Positions 19,537-28,854 of a stretch of 64,000 nt of DNA are shown in pieces. The first letter of the stretch is position 1. Each line of letters begins with the position of its first letter. The stretch comes from a virus (taxonomy: Duplodnaviria; Caudoviricetes). The position numbers and the translations under genes were made by a program. Where the stretch lies: positions 256,001 to 320,000 of the IMG/VR virus record IMGVR_UViG_3300037067_012889, one strand, 5' to 3'. The notes below the pieces were generated by a model, which did not search any database, was not told the origin of the DNA, and saw nothing but the letters and a program-made list of their open reading frames with translations.

Positions 19537-20544
19537 ATGAAAGATCGCAAAGTCGAATATCATCTCCAGCGCCGACATCGTATCTCCAATAACTTATGTT
19601 TGATGTGTGGCGGTCCCCGCGATTCAGAAAAGTCATCCTGCTCTAAATGTCTTACTAGAAGAAGCGAACGCCGCAAGGCTGCTCGTAAAGCCAGACAAGC
19701 TATTGGCATTTGCTTGTGTGGCCGAACAATTTCAAAAGGGAAGATGTGCGACAGATGCAAAGAAAAGGGCAAAAAGGAAAGAGTGACACACGATAAACGC
19801 CGGATTGCTAAAGGGCTTTGCCCGAGATGTGGTAAAGCTCCGCTTCCTGGTAAGATTTATTGTGCTGCTCACGTTACTTATCAGACGTCGGCTGTCATGA
19901 AACGCTATAATTATCGCAGACTAAATAATCAATGCACTGTTTGTGGTAACAATTTGGTTATTGGAGAATCAGTACGTTGCAAATCTTGCAACGATATCCA
20001 TGTGGAGGCTAGCAGGCGCAAATGGCACAGAGATCGAAAGAAAGTTTTAGACCATTATGGCGCAAGGTGTATGTGCTGCGGCGAAACAACTTATGAATTC
20101 TTGGAGGTAGACCACATTAATGGCGACGGTAAGCAACATCGTCAAATAGTTGGTAGCCATATGATGAGCTGGATTGTAAGACATAAATTCCCAGCAGATT
20201 TTAGGATATTATGTGCTAATTGTAATCGTGGTGTTGCGCATTATAAAGTATGTCCACATAACAAAGCAGTTATACCATATAGTAAAAAACATAAGACGCG
20301 GCTAAAAGTTATTTCCCACTACGGTAGCAAATGCGTTTGTTGTGGTGAATCGAATTGGGCTTTTCTAGAATTCGATCATATCAACAATGATGGTAATATC
20401 CATAGAAGAGACGTGAAAATTAATGCTGCGTGGATTATCGCAAATGACTATCCAGACTACTTACAGTTGTTATGTGCAAATTGTAATAAAGCTAAAGGGC
20501 TTTATGGTAAATGTCCACATAACAATCTCACAAGCAATCAATAG
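19537..20544 (+). CDS. free-standing HNH endonuclease with four zinc ribbons and two tandem HNH domains
   Basis: Two copies of HYG.C.CCGE....FLE.DHIN.DG..HR...LCANCN; N-terminal CxxC repeats; inserted on the opposite strand between the sheath and tube genes. Confidence 0.85.
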   Translation: MKDRKVEYHLQRRHRISNNLCLMCGGPRDSEKSSCSKCLTRRSERRKAARKARQAIGICLCGRTISKGKMCDRCKEKGKKERVTHDKRRIAKGLCPRCGKAPLPGKIYCAAHVTYQTSAVMKRYNYRRLNNQCTVCGNNLVIGESVRCKSCNDIHVEASRRKWHRDRKKVLDHYGARCMCCGETTYEFLEVDHINGDGKQHRQIVGSHMMSWIVRHKFPADFRILCANCNRGVAHYKVCPHNKAVIPYSKKHKTRLKVISHYGSKCVCCGESNWAFLEFDHINNDGNIHRRDVKINAAWIIANDYPDYLQLLCANCNKAKGLYGKCPHNNLTSNQ

Positions 20545-20547
20545 ATT

Positions 20548-20586
20548 ATCGATATTTTTGGTGAGCCGGTCGTAGAGAGCCATCTG
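20548..20586 (+). pseudogene. inverted remnant of a tail sheath gene 5' segment
   Basis: Encodes IDIFGEPVVESHL versus sheath residues 52-64 IDIFGEPFVESYL (23783-23821, minus strand); 11/13 aa and 30/39 nt identical. Confidence 0.75.
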
Positions 20587-20649
20587 ACAAGTATTTTAAG
20601 AAAGGTTAAATTAACCTTCACGAAATCTTCACGAGCAAGGAGAAGAATT

Positions 20650-21048
20650 ATGGAACGTGAACCCATCTATTGGAGTCCAAAATACAAAGCATTCCTGGAA
20701 TCTTTTGTTGAGTCTAGCAGCTTTCCAAAGATGACTAAAGCCGCAGCAGTTTTCAACGTGATGACAACAACACCACGCCCAAGTGATCCGGAGATGACGA
20801 TGTTAGATCAGGCTATTGTTTGCGACAAACTGCATGATGGCGAGCCAGCCGTCATCTACCACGAATTAGAGAAGCGCTGGCCTGATTTCTTTGCTGGTAT
20901 ACCAATTAAGCAGGGCGGTAGGCTTACAGATACCATAAAAGGTCAATTTATCAGTCGGTTCATAACTATCTATTTATATGGCGGCATATCTAGATATATA
21001 AAGGAAAAGCGTCGCAAACATCAAGCTGATGTTATGGCTATATCCTAA
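20650..21048 (+). CDS. hypothetical protein
   Basis: 132 aa, AGGAGA SD, followed by a strong hairpin. Confidence 0.65.
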   Translation: MEREPIYWSPKYKAFLESFVESSSFPKMTKAAAVFNVMTTTPRPSDPEMTMLDQAIVCDKLHDGEPAVIYHELEKRWPDFFAGIPIKQGGRLTDTIKGQFISRFITIYLYGGISRYIKEKRRKHQADVMAIS

Positions 21049-21086
21049 ATATGACAGAGGCCAGCTTTCGCTGGCCTCTGTCATAT
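21049..21086. terminator. stem-loop between convergent genes (sheath and 132-aa ORF)
   Basis: Perfect 17-bp stem atatgacagaggccagc / gctggcctctgtcatat; loop reads GAAA on the minus strand. Confidence 0.75.
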
Positions 21087-21100
21087 AACTGATAATAGAA

Positions 21101-23974
21101 CTATCTACCGCTAGTCACAACGCCACCAGCAGCCAAGATTTCCTCAGAACTAAAGGAAGCCGAAGACTGCATCACGACGAGGTTAAGTACGATGAACTCA
21201 ATCGTCCGAGTTGGCTTGATGAAAATCGACACCCACAATTGATTGAGATCTCGTCTTGCAGCTGTATTATTCGTCTCATCGCAAATCACATTGTAAGCAT
21301 CAATTCCGCGTCGTGCTTGGATATCTGCCATGAATGGATTAATGAGAGTTCGAACCTGAGCCCATGTCGTAGAATCATTTGGTTCAAAAACAAATGATCG
21401 AAGTGTCTCGACCAAGTTCTTTTTAAGGTAAATGAGCAACATACGTACATTGACTCTATCGAGTGCCGTGTCCGTGCGCTGTAATGTACGCTGGCCGAAG
21501 ACCACAATACCATCCTTCGGGAATGATACTAGTGGATTGACGGCATTGCCACTACCATACAACAAGTCACGTTCACCCTGGCTAGGATTATATTCTACAG
21601 CCAACGGTGTTGTCAAAACACCACGGTTGATGCCAGCCGGAGCATACCATTGCTCTGCAACGTTTGCAGTCTTGGCGAAAACACCGGCAACATAACCAGA
21701 AGGCGGAACCCAAATGTTCTGCTTGCTGAACTGATCATAAATTTCGAGCCAGCTCCAGTACAAAGCACCATAGCTGCTGTTAATCGCGTGCGACAAGTCG
21801 GAAAGCAACATCCCATTATGCCAATCAACCACTTGCTGCGGCCTAAGACCGAATGGAGGATCGACTATGAACAGTGCATCACCGCGACTCTCACACAATT
21901 GCAATCCCTGACCAATAACAGCACCAGATGTCATGCCAGGAATAACCAGCAGGTTGATATCGTATGTCTCGGAATTCTGTACACCATACATGCCGCTCGA
22001 TTCTTCCGCATTGCCGATGATGGCGGCATCTAGTTCGCTAGAATATGCCGGATCAGTCGGAATGCCGTTAGCACCACCGCTGAATGCGTGTTTCGAGAGT
22101 TGGGCTGGTTGACGAACCTCGTAAGTGCTTACATCCGATTCATCATTATTAAGGAATGCTGGACGATCTTCCCAGTTGATGAAGTCGTTTCCGTTCGTCC
22201 CACCATATGTTGTACCTGGATTCAAGACATTACCGATATATCGAGCATCAGTCTTATCAAAACTGATGTTTTGAATATTATCGGCAGTAGCACCGTCTGG
22301 ATCTGTGATGACTATTTGATATCGCGCGGCAGCATTACCTGCGATCTGCGTCTGCAACGACAGCGTCAACGTGTAATCATCAAGCCATGTTCCGGCACTC
22401 GTAGCCACAAACCACCCAACAATGCCTTGGAAATATGCAGTGTCCAATGCACAATCGGGACCACTCGGATCTGTCTCGCATGACAGTGGGACAGACGGAG
22501 TTATTTCGCCAGTAGCGGGCAACGACACGCGGCTGTCATAGAACCCGCGATAGGCTTTGGTATAAGGAGAGAGGATTCCAACCTCCTCGGCAAACGTCAA
22601 CGTCTTTAGATTGGAGTAATTAGCCTTTAAATATAGCTGATCTAATTTATGCGATGCAGACGTCGTGCTACCGGCTACAATAACAATATGCGGGATGCCG
22701 CCAGGAGCTGTTATTGCAAACGATGTGAAATATGTGTCGCCAGCATAGATCCCGTTGCCATTGATTGCGGCTGCGAGTGTTGCAGCTGTCAAATTCGTTC
22801 CAGTTGGTATAGTGAAATTGAAGCTCACCGTATCACTTCTATCTGCCGGAATGACATCGATCGCAACACGGTTGCTCTGGCTGTTAATAAAGAATGGTTC
22901 TGCGTCAGACCCGTACAGATAACTGCGTGGAATATCGTACGAGTACTGTGGTAGCGTACCACCTCCGACTTCCTCAGCAAAAGCACATGTTCCAACAAGT
23001 TGGATACGATCACCAGCTACTTTTGTGCGGAATTCTGGATAATCTACACCATTCGTCGTTATGACCACGGCGGCATAATCTTCGACTGCAATGAGTGCGT
23101 TAATCGCAACAATGAGATCGTCGGCCGAAGTATATGTCGCAGCGGCCATCGTATATGTGCCGCCGACACCATTGACCTGGACTTCAAACTCTCTGTTGTT
23201 CGGTCTGGCTGTGAAAGAGAACATGTCGTTCGTATCTAACCGGCCATCAGTAACAAGAATGTTACAAACGAGACCGTCACCGATATCGATATTATCGCTC
23301 GTACCAGCAATTTTCTCGGTCAATGTACCGCTAACCATCATCGCGTTATCAGATGCGCGATATAGCTTAAAAGTCGCACCTTCGATAGCAAATCCGTCAT
23401 CAGACTTACCAGTGATAAACAACGAGTAAACGTCATCCGAACAACCGGTATAGTCGTCGCTCAAATCGGTTTGGCCAGTGAACTGCAACGTCGCAGCAGT
23501 TGGGCCATCAGTGATCGACACACTAACATCGGTATATGTGATATCTTCAACACCGGCGTCGTGAAATACGACTGGCGAAGTTGAAGATACAGCTCGCATA
23601 ACCAACTCACCATAATCAATACCGGTGAAAATCGGTATGCGGTTCCAGCCATTGATTCGATCCCCAGAGGTATCGATACAAACAGCACTTAGCTCGTCCG
23701 CCTGCCCGTCCTGGCATTCAATGCCAACACGAATGACATATGCTTGGTTGCTTTCCTCTAAGTAGGCAAGCACGGCATACATCAAATAGCTCTCAACAAA
23801 CGGCTCGCCAAATATGTCAATTGCTTGCTGGGCACCACTCACAAAAATCGGAGTGTTCATAGGCCCTTTTTTGGCCGTGCCAACAAATGCCGCACGTAGC
23901 GGCCCGGTATTGCCGGTGACTGCACTAAGGTCTATTTCCCTTGGATAAACACCAGGGCTCAGATATGTGGGCAT
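21101..23974 (-). CDS. contractile tail sheath protein (gp18-like) with large insertion domains
   Basis: YLSPGVYPREIDLS, FVGTAKKGP, SSYGALYWSW, VPPSG.VAG, WYAPAGINRG, GQRTLQ..TALDRVNVR, FVFEPND and IKPTRTIEFI motifs. Confidence 0.95.
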   Translation of the reverse strand: MPTYLSPGVYPREIDLSAVTGNTGPLRAAFVGTAKKGPMNTPIFVSGAQQAIDIFGEPFVESYLMYAVLAYLEESNQAYVIRVGIECQDGQADELSAVCIDTSGDRINGWNRIPIFTGIDYGELVMRAVSSTSPVVFHDAGVEDITYTDVSVSITDGPTAATLQFTGQTDLSDDYTGCSDDVYSLFITGKSDDGFAIEGATFKLYRASDNAMMVSGTLTEKIAGTSDNIDIGDGLVCNILVTDGRLDTNDMFSFTARPNNREFEVQVNGVGGTYTMAAATYTSADDLIVAINALIAVEDYAAVVITTNGVDYPEFRTKVAGDRIQLVGTCAFAEEVGGGTLPQYSYDIPRSYLYGSDAEPFFINSQSNRVAIDVIPADRSDTVSFNFTIPTGTNLTAATLAAAINGNGIYAGDTYFTSFAITAPGGIPHIVIVAGSTTSASHKLDQLYLKANYSNLKTLTFAEEVGILSPYTKAYRGFYDSRVSLPATGEITPSVPLSCETDPSGPDCALDTAYFQGIVGWFVATSAGTWLDDYTLTLSLQTQIAGNAAARYQIVITDPDGATADNIQNISFDKTDARYIGNVLNPGTTYGGTNGNDFINWEDRPAFLNNDESDVSTYEVRQPAQLSKHAFSGGANGIPTDPAYSSELDAAIIGNAEESSGMYGVQNSETYDINLLVIPGMTSGAVIGQGLQLCESRGDALFIVDPPFGLRPQQVVDWHNGMLLSDLSHAINSSYGALYWSWLEIYDQFSKQNIWVPPSGYVAGVFAKTANVAEQWYAPAGINRGVLTTPLAVEYNPSQGERDLLYGSGNAVNPLVSFPKDGIVVFGQRTLQRTDTALDRVNVRMLLIYLKKNLVETLRSFVFEPNDSTTWAQVRTLINPFMADIQARRGIDAYNVICDETNNTAARRDLNQLWVSIFIKPTRTIEFIVLNLVVMQSSASFSSEEILAAGGVVTSGR

Positions 23975-24128
23975 TGTTGATCTCCGTTGTCTAATAACCG
24001 AACTATGATAAATTTGCCGACAACCGCAAGAAACGCGGCAAATCTCAATTTCTCTTTATCGATTATGCATTACAAAACCGATAGGTATTCTTCTATATAT
24101 TTAGTTCGATATATATGGCGACCAACAA

Positions 24129-24392
24129 TTATACTATATTGTTATTATTAGAGTTATCAGATTTCTCACTATCATGCAAGATCTTTATGATTCGCTTCGA
24201 TGTCAAGTTAGAGATCTGCGATTCATTTAAGAAGCTCTTAGGTAAACGGACAGTCTTTCCTGGATTCAGATAGATAGTTTGCTCGTGTAGAAAAAAGTCG
24301 CCAGCAGGTGGCCTGACAGAAATAGGAACCATTTGCTTACTACAATTGTAAATCTGTACAACATAATTGTGCTCTTTAATATTCTGTTTCAT
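24129..24392 (-). CDS. hypothetical small structural protein
   Basis: 87 aa, AAGGTGG SD, between the tail terminator and sheath genes. Confidence 0.6.
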   Translation of the reverse strand: MKQNIKEHNYVVQIYNCSKQMVPISVRPPAGDFFLHEQTIYLNPGKTVRLPKSFLNESQISNLTSKRIIKILHDSEKSDNSNNNNIV

Positions 24393-24450
24393 AAACCACC
24401 TTAATCGCTAGATGTTAATATTAGCCATAGAGGTATTTACTTCTCAAATA

Positions 24451-25299
24451 TCACGATTCAATAAACAATCTAGTTGTATCGCCACGTCCAACTGCCAGTG
24501 TGTTATTCGAAATAGATTCCTTTATAGCTGTGACGTGGCCAAGTATTGTAGGTACTATTAATTCGGGTAACGGCAGCCAAGCTTCGGCTGTCATCGAAAA
24601 TTCATATCGCGTTTTAGCCTTTTGATCGAAACCGGCTTCTTTTTCACTGGCATCGGTCGATCCATCATATCTAAGCTGCACACTACCTCGTAAATGTTGA
24701 TCGCACATAACAAATTCAGCTAACGGATTAAATCGCGGCAAAATCTGTTCAAGAGCATAATCAGCATCTCTCTTCCAAGAAGCCCATACTGTTAAAGTAT
24801 ACTTAACCAAGAATGGAACCGGCCTTCTGACCAAAGCGACACGGTCCATTCTACTACTTGTATATCTTCTAGCCATTGGTAGCATCGGTGTACTAAACTT
24901 CTGCGGGTTAAATTCATGGCTAATTCTACTAATAGCCGCGACAGGTAATTTTACTCTGCCATCTTTCAGTTGATCGCGCCATATGAGGATGCTCTTATCA
25001 CCACCAGCTATCTTAACTCTCATGAACCGATATGCATCTTTTGTTGGTATCCTGATCCCGGACCAATAAGTTTTCATGGCTTCGTCAAGGGCACGAAAGC
25101 CTGGCATTATAAATTCTTGAATAAACTCGGGCTGCGTCCCGAGAGGATCACCAAGCTTAGAACGACCTCCTTGAACATCGCTACTCTGTGCTACACCTGT
25201 CGGTATTCGATCGATATGTGGGTTAAGCTCAGGACCTGGAACAGGGCGAGATGTGCGGGCTTGTTCTAATACATCATCTTTAAATTCATGGATAGCCAT
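24451..25299 (-). CDS. tail terminator / sheath stabiliser (T4 gp15-like)
   Basis: LPVAAISRIS.EFNP.K, PVPF..KY.L.VW and EQILPRFNP motifs. Confidence 0.75.
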   Translation of the reverse strand: MAIHEFKDDVLEQARTSRPVPGPELNPHIDRIPTGVAQSSDVQGGRSKLGDPLGTQPEFIQEFIMPGFRALDEAMKTYWSGIRIPTKDAYRFMRVKIAGGDKSILIWRDQLKDGRVKLPVAAISRISHEFNPQKFSTPMLPMARRYTSSRMDRVALVRRPVPFLVKYTLTVWASWKRDADYALEQILPRFNPLAEFVMCDQHLRGSVQLRYDGSTDASEKEAGFDQKAKTRYEFSMTAEAWLPLPELIVPTILGHVTAIKESISNNTLAVGRGDTTRLFIES

Positions 25300-25652
25300 T
25301 ATGTGCCCTGATTCAGTAGTGATACTAAATTATTAGGAATAGAACCACTACAAATTCCTGTTGTGGTGGCACCAATACGATCCATTAAATCTTTGAATTC
25401 CTCTTCTATTCTCGTCCGTTCCAATTTATCAACCCATTCCTCAATCTTCAAAGATATCGACGATCCATTCGGTGTCTGTTTTATTGATACGCTTACAGTA
25501 TCCTTGCTACCCAATTTTTCTAATTCTTTACGAATAGCAGTACGAAAGATATTGCCTACTCTACCAGCCTTAGCTTCTAAGTCGAGGCTAATTTGACCTA
25601 ACAACTCTCGTGGGTCTGAGAACGTCTTCATGACTTCAATCGTTTCATCCAT
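25299..25652 (-). CDS. hypothetical protein
   Basis: 117-aa ORF translationally coupled to both neighbours. Confidence 0.6.
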   Translation of the reverse strand: MDETIEVMKTFSDPRELLGQISLDLEAKAGRVGNIFRTAIRKELEKLGSKDTVSVSIKQTPNGSSISLKIEEWVDKLERTRIEEEFKDLMDRIGATTTGICSGSIPNNLVSLLNQGT

Positions 25653-26250
25653 TCACCTCGTCAGTATAATCATCGATAGTGTGTATCATATCTTGCGCTG
25701 GTCGTATGTTAACATCACCAACTATTAATGTCGTATCACATCTAAGATACAACCATGTATATCTAAAATTACCAACTTCTGATGCATTGTCAATCATGAA
25801 GTACTTAGGGTTCTGTTGCGATTTTGAATCCATCGGAAGTTCTATAAGATCACCTGGGCGGAATAATCTCCTAGGCGAAACACTGACTACTTGCTCAAGT
25901 GCAAATGTGATAACTTGTTTATTAGCACAATCGACACCCCATTGCATTAACTCATATTCCATTGGATTAGGAACAAAAAATCCTTTAAGATGCAATGGAC
26001 TCCAATATGTCGGGTCTGCATCTTCATCGAAAACTTTATCGTGATCCATATTATTTGTGCGGCGGTGTATCACTACAGCCGCACCATCTACTTGGATCAT
26101 CTCCAATGCTACTTTCTTAGCTAATGCTATGTCTGGTGAATCTACATCATATACTTGATATAATGGATTACTTTGTTCGACATCACTGCGGAAGTCTGCT
26201 AAGCCAGGTGTTGCTGGTGTTCCATCGAGAGTACTAAAATTATAAATCAT
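25645..26250 (-). CDS. neck protein (T4 gp14-like head closure)
   Basis: D.VFDED.DP.Y, EL..WG.D and RPGDLIELP motifs; neck-module context. Confidence 0.65.
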   Translation of the reverse strand: MIYNFSTLDGTPATPGLADFRSDVEQSNPLYQVYDVDSPDIALAKKVALEMIQVDGAAVVIHRRTNNMDHDKVFDEDADPTYWSPLHLKGFFVPNPMEYELMQWGVDCANKQVITFALEQVVSVSPRRLFRPGDLIELPMDSKSQQNPKYFMIDNASEVGNFRYTWLYLRCDTTLIVGDVNIRPAQDMIHTIDDYTDEVNG

Positions 26251-26257
26251 AAGTTAC

Positions 26258-26782
26258 TCACATTGATAAAGGAATATCATCGACAGGACTGTCTCGTGGA
26301 TCATTACCATAATAGTATGGACCAAACAATAATGATGGAGTGATTCCAAAAATTTCACCTTCTGGAACATATCGTTTTACAGGCGGAGGCATTTGTTCTT
26401 GGAAATTCTTCGTCGATGGGCACCAACCTTGATTCAAAACGGCGCAATCCGGTGGCTGCCGTGGCATTTCTTCATTTCCGCCAAGACTACGAAGAATACT
26501 ATAATAATCGGGCATTGGCGTACATGGGCAATTTATATAATATGGGGGCAGTACGAACCATTTCTTACTAGATCCATTTGATTGCCCATTATTTATTTGC
26601 CATTCTATGGTAGAACCGGGAATGGCAGCCAACGCAACGGATAATTTTACATATGTGCTCTTGCAATTACGGAGAAAAGAAAGACTTGAAGTAGTAAAGG
26701 ATGCCTCTGGTTCGCATCCCGGAATAGCTACACTATCTTGCCCGACCACTTCAAGCTTATTAGCTATGTAGATCTGTCGCAT
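26258..26782 (-). CDS. hypothetical protein (Cys/Pro-rich, probably structural)
   Basis: 174-aa ORF overlapping the end of the endonuclease gene. Confidence 0.55.
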   Translation of the reverse strand: MRQIYIANKLEVVGQDSVAIPGCEPEASFTTSSLSFLRNCKSTYVKLSVALAAIPGSTIEWQINNGQSNGSSKKWFVLPPYYINCPCTPMPDYYSILRSLGGNEEMPRQPPDCAVLNQGWCPSTKNFQEQMPPPVKRYVPEGEIFGITPSLLFGPYYYGNDPRDSPVDDIPLSM

Positions 26783-28089
26783 TTGTAAATAAACCTATGT
26801 TTTGGACCACCATATATTTTAATGTAGCCATATTTCGCAGCATACTCTGCTTCGCCTAATCCCATTTTACATGCGTGGTCCCATAAAGTCTTTTTATGCA
26901 TTACATATCCTGCATCAGACACATACCAGTATGACGGTTTAGTATTGCCATCATACCGCCAATTTGATGCCTTGTAAATTGTACCGGTATGATTATATGA
27001 ACTATCGGAGAACGCAATGATAGTAGTTACTAATGGTTTATCAGACCGAAGCATCTTAACACACCGTGCAAGAAACCAGCTGGCAAAATTCTTTTTATGA
27101 TAAGATGGATGAATACAAAATCTTGTCAATTCAATCAATTTACCTTTTGGTAGCCCTAATCTTGTTGATGATTCATTTCTAGTGGGCGAGTCGAAAACAC
27201 ATACCGCGATCACGTCATCTCCTAACATAGCGGCATATCTAATACCAGACTTATTAATTCTACCAGCGTAATGATACTTCCCTAAAAACAATTCAGATTC
27301 TAACCTATCTATTGATACCAATTTCAATTCATGTAATTCAAATTGGACAATGTCCAGTGTTTTGCCAGTCCAATATGCCAATAAATCAAGTATTCGTTGT
27401 TTACATAGGAATTCATGTTCCCATAGATATTTAAGAGTATATTGTGGAAAGTTTTTTAAGTACGTAGCCTTCTGTTGGTCTTTGATTATCGCCTGCGGAC
27501 GCTGGTGCCAATAATCGCCCTGGCATTCTATTATTATATTATGATCTGGCAAAAAACAATCATATGACCAGAATCCAATTAATTTTTCTGGTTCATAGGC
27601 GATATTTAAATCGTCGAGAAATGAATAAAGAGTCTTCTGTATGTTCGATATTCTACCGAGCTGGTTTGCGGCCAAACACGCCATTTTCTCTTTAATAGAA
27701 GCATAATTGCCACACATTTTTTGCCGATATTTAGCATCAGACCATTGTCTATGCATTTGCTCTGAAATTTTAGCTGATCTAATTAGCCCAGCTTGACTAT
27801 AACTACGTACTTTAATATCAAACTTTTTTAGCAATTTCCCTATAGATGGTCTGTCCAAACCAATAACTTTCGATATCTCTTCTGTAGACAAGCTCTGTTT
27901 ACAATATAAATCATATAATTGTTCTTTAGTGACTAGAGATGTACGACTTTTTCTACGTATAACATTAAACTCTTTTAGCAACTTACAAACCATAGCGGCA
28001 GAACAGTTAAATCGCCTAGCAAGATCACATACCCTAGATCCAGCATTATATTGCTCAACGATTAACTCTACGTTATTTGTAATGTTCAT
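26764..28089 (-). CDS. HTH + Vsr/DUF559-like endonuclease + Mom-like GNAT domain fusion
   Basis: YDCFLPDHNIIIECQGDYWH...KD..K...LWEHE (Vsr-like); FLGKYHY, ELTRFCI, NFASWFLAR and AFSD...HTGTIYKASNW.Y.G (Mom-like). Confidence 0.75.
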   Translation of the reverse strand: MNITNNVELIVEQYNAGSRVCDLARRFNCSAAMVCKLLKEFNVIRRKSRTSLVTKEQLYDLYCKQSLSTEEISKVIGLDRPSIGKLLKKFDIKVRSYSQAGLIRSAKISEQMHRQWSDAKYRQKMCGNYASIKEKMACLAANQLGRISNIQKTLYSFLDDLNIAYEPEKLIGFWSYDCFLPDHNIIIECQGDYWHQRPQAIIKDQQKATYLKNFPQYTLKYLWEHEFLCKQRILDLLAYWTGKTLDIVQFELHELKLVSIDRLESELFLGKYHYAGRINKSGIRYAAMLGDDVIAVCVFDSPTRNESSTRLGLPKGKLIELTRFCIHPSYHKKNFASWFLARCVKMLRSDKPLVTTIIAFSDSSYNHTGTIYKASNWRYDGNTKPSYWYVSDAGYVMHKKTLWDHACKMGLGEAEYAAKYGYIKIYGGPKHRFIYKCDRST

Positions 28090-28109
28090 ACGTTATTTAC
28101 TGTATGAAC
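28084..28109 (-). promoter_or_regulatory. hairpin covering the start codon, with AGTAAATA in the loop
   Basis: Minus strand GTTCATAC-AGTAAATAAC-GTATGAAC; the ATG of 26764-28089 lies in the 3' arm. Confidence 0.65.
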
Positions 28110-28124
28110 TAGTGGCGACTTTCA

Positions 28125-28580
28125 CTAATCAAGATTTTCACTTTCACCTATATGGCCAGCAGACATAGATCCACGTAATTCTTTGCGTGACATCAATTGA
28201 TCTGCTTTCTTTTTAATATTCTTTAATCTGGCGATAGCCTCACCTACTGAACTAGTAATAAAGAAATCATCTATACCAAGGATATCTGCTAAACTCTTTT
28301 TCCCAGACTGACTAATATCACTGGGAATTTGAATTCTTACACGATCATCATCCTCAATCGTGACCATAATTGTCTGCGACTGAGGCGTCAATGCGTTTTG
28401 TCCCGCTTCTATATAAACAATAGCATCATCTGTTGGATCTTCTGCTGGCTTCATACTTGGCTTGCGAAAACCAATTCGTCCCAAAACACCTACTAATTGA
28501 TCTGCAAGAGAATTCTTTAATCTAGTAATATCTCCAAGTTCTGAAGAGGCGGTACCTTCTGACAATAATTGTAATCGCAT
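28125..28580 (-). CDS. hypothetical protein with N-terminal LLSE motif (possible internal head protein)
   Basis: Starts MRLQLLSEG; 151 aa. Confidence 0.6.
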   Translation of the reverse strand: MRLQLLSEGTASSELGDITRLKNSLADQLVGVLGRIGFRKPSMKPAEDPTDDAIVYIEAGQNALTPQSQTIMVTIEDDDRVRIQIPSDISQSGKKSLADILGIDDFFITSSVGEAIARLKNIKKKADQLMSRKELRGSMSAGHIGESENLD

Positions 28581-28582
28581 GA

Positions 28583-28846
28583 TTAACTCGATGGTTCGAC
28601 AACATCAAAAAATTTCTTTATCGCACCAGATAAAGTTTTGGCCGACTGATAGCAACGATGTGTGTTACAATAATAGTATGTTTCACCACGTATAACGGAC
28701 TTCTTAATAGCCGGAGATGATTTGCGACTTTGCCAAACTGCTTTGGCTTTCACGACTCGATCACGTTCTTCGTCGGTCAGCTTAACCTTGTTTTTCTCCA
28801 AGGTATCAAAATGCGGACCAGATTCATTAAGAAGACATAATTGCAT
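28583..28846 (-). CDS. hypothetical protein with N-terminal LLNE motif
   Basis: Starts MQLCLLNES; 87 aa, basic. Confidence 0.6.
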   Translation of the reverse strand: MQLCLLNESGPHFDTLEKNKVKLTDEERDRVVKAKAVWQSRKSSPAIKKSVIRGETYYYCNTHRCYQSAKTLSGAIKKFFDVVEPSS

Positions 28847-28854
28847 ATTTTAAG

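Noticed and set aside
20542-20544. Genome-wide TAG-to-Gln recoding, suggested by the TAG aligning with a sheath Gln
   Set aside because: Long conserved genes are uninterrupted under the standard code, and several (spike, major tube, sheath) end properly at TAG.
20548-23821. Diversity-generating retroelement template/variable repeat pair, or an invertible segment
   Set aside because: Differences are not adenine-specific, no reverse transcriptase or invertase is in the window, and the repeat is short and diverged.
603-25299. Extracellular contractile injection system or tailocin locus
   Set aside because: Neck proteins (gp13/14-like), primase, helicase, SSB, RecA and homing endonucleases in the same compact layout indicate a phage genome. 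Capsid and terminase genes are not in the window, so this is inferred.
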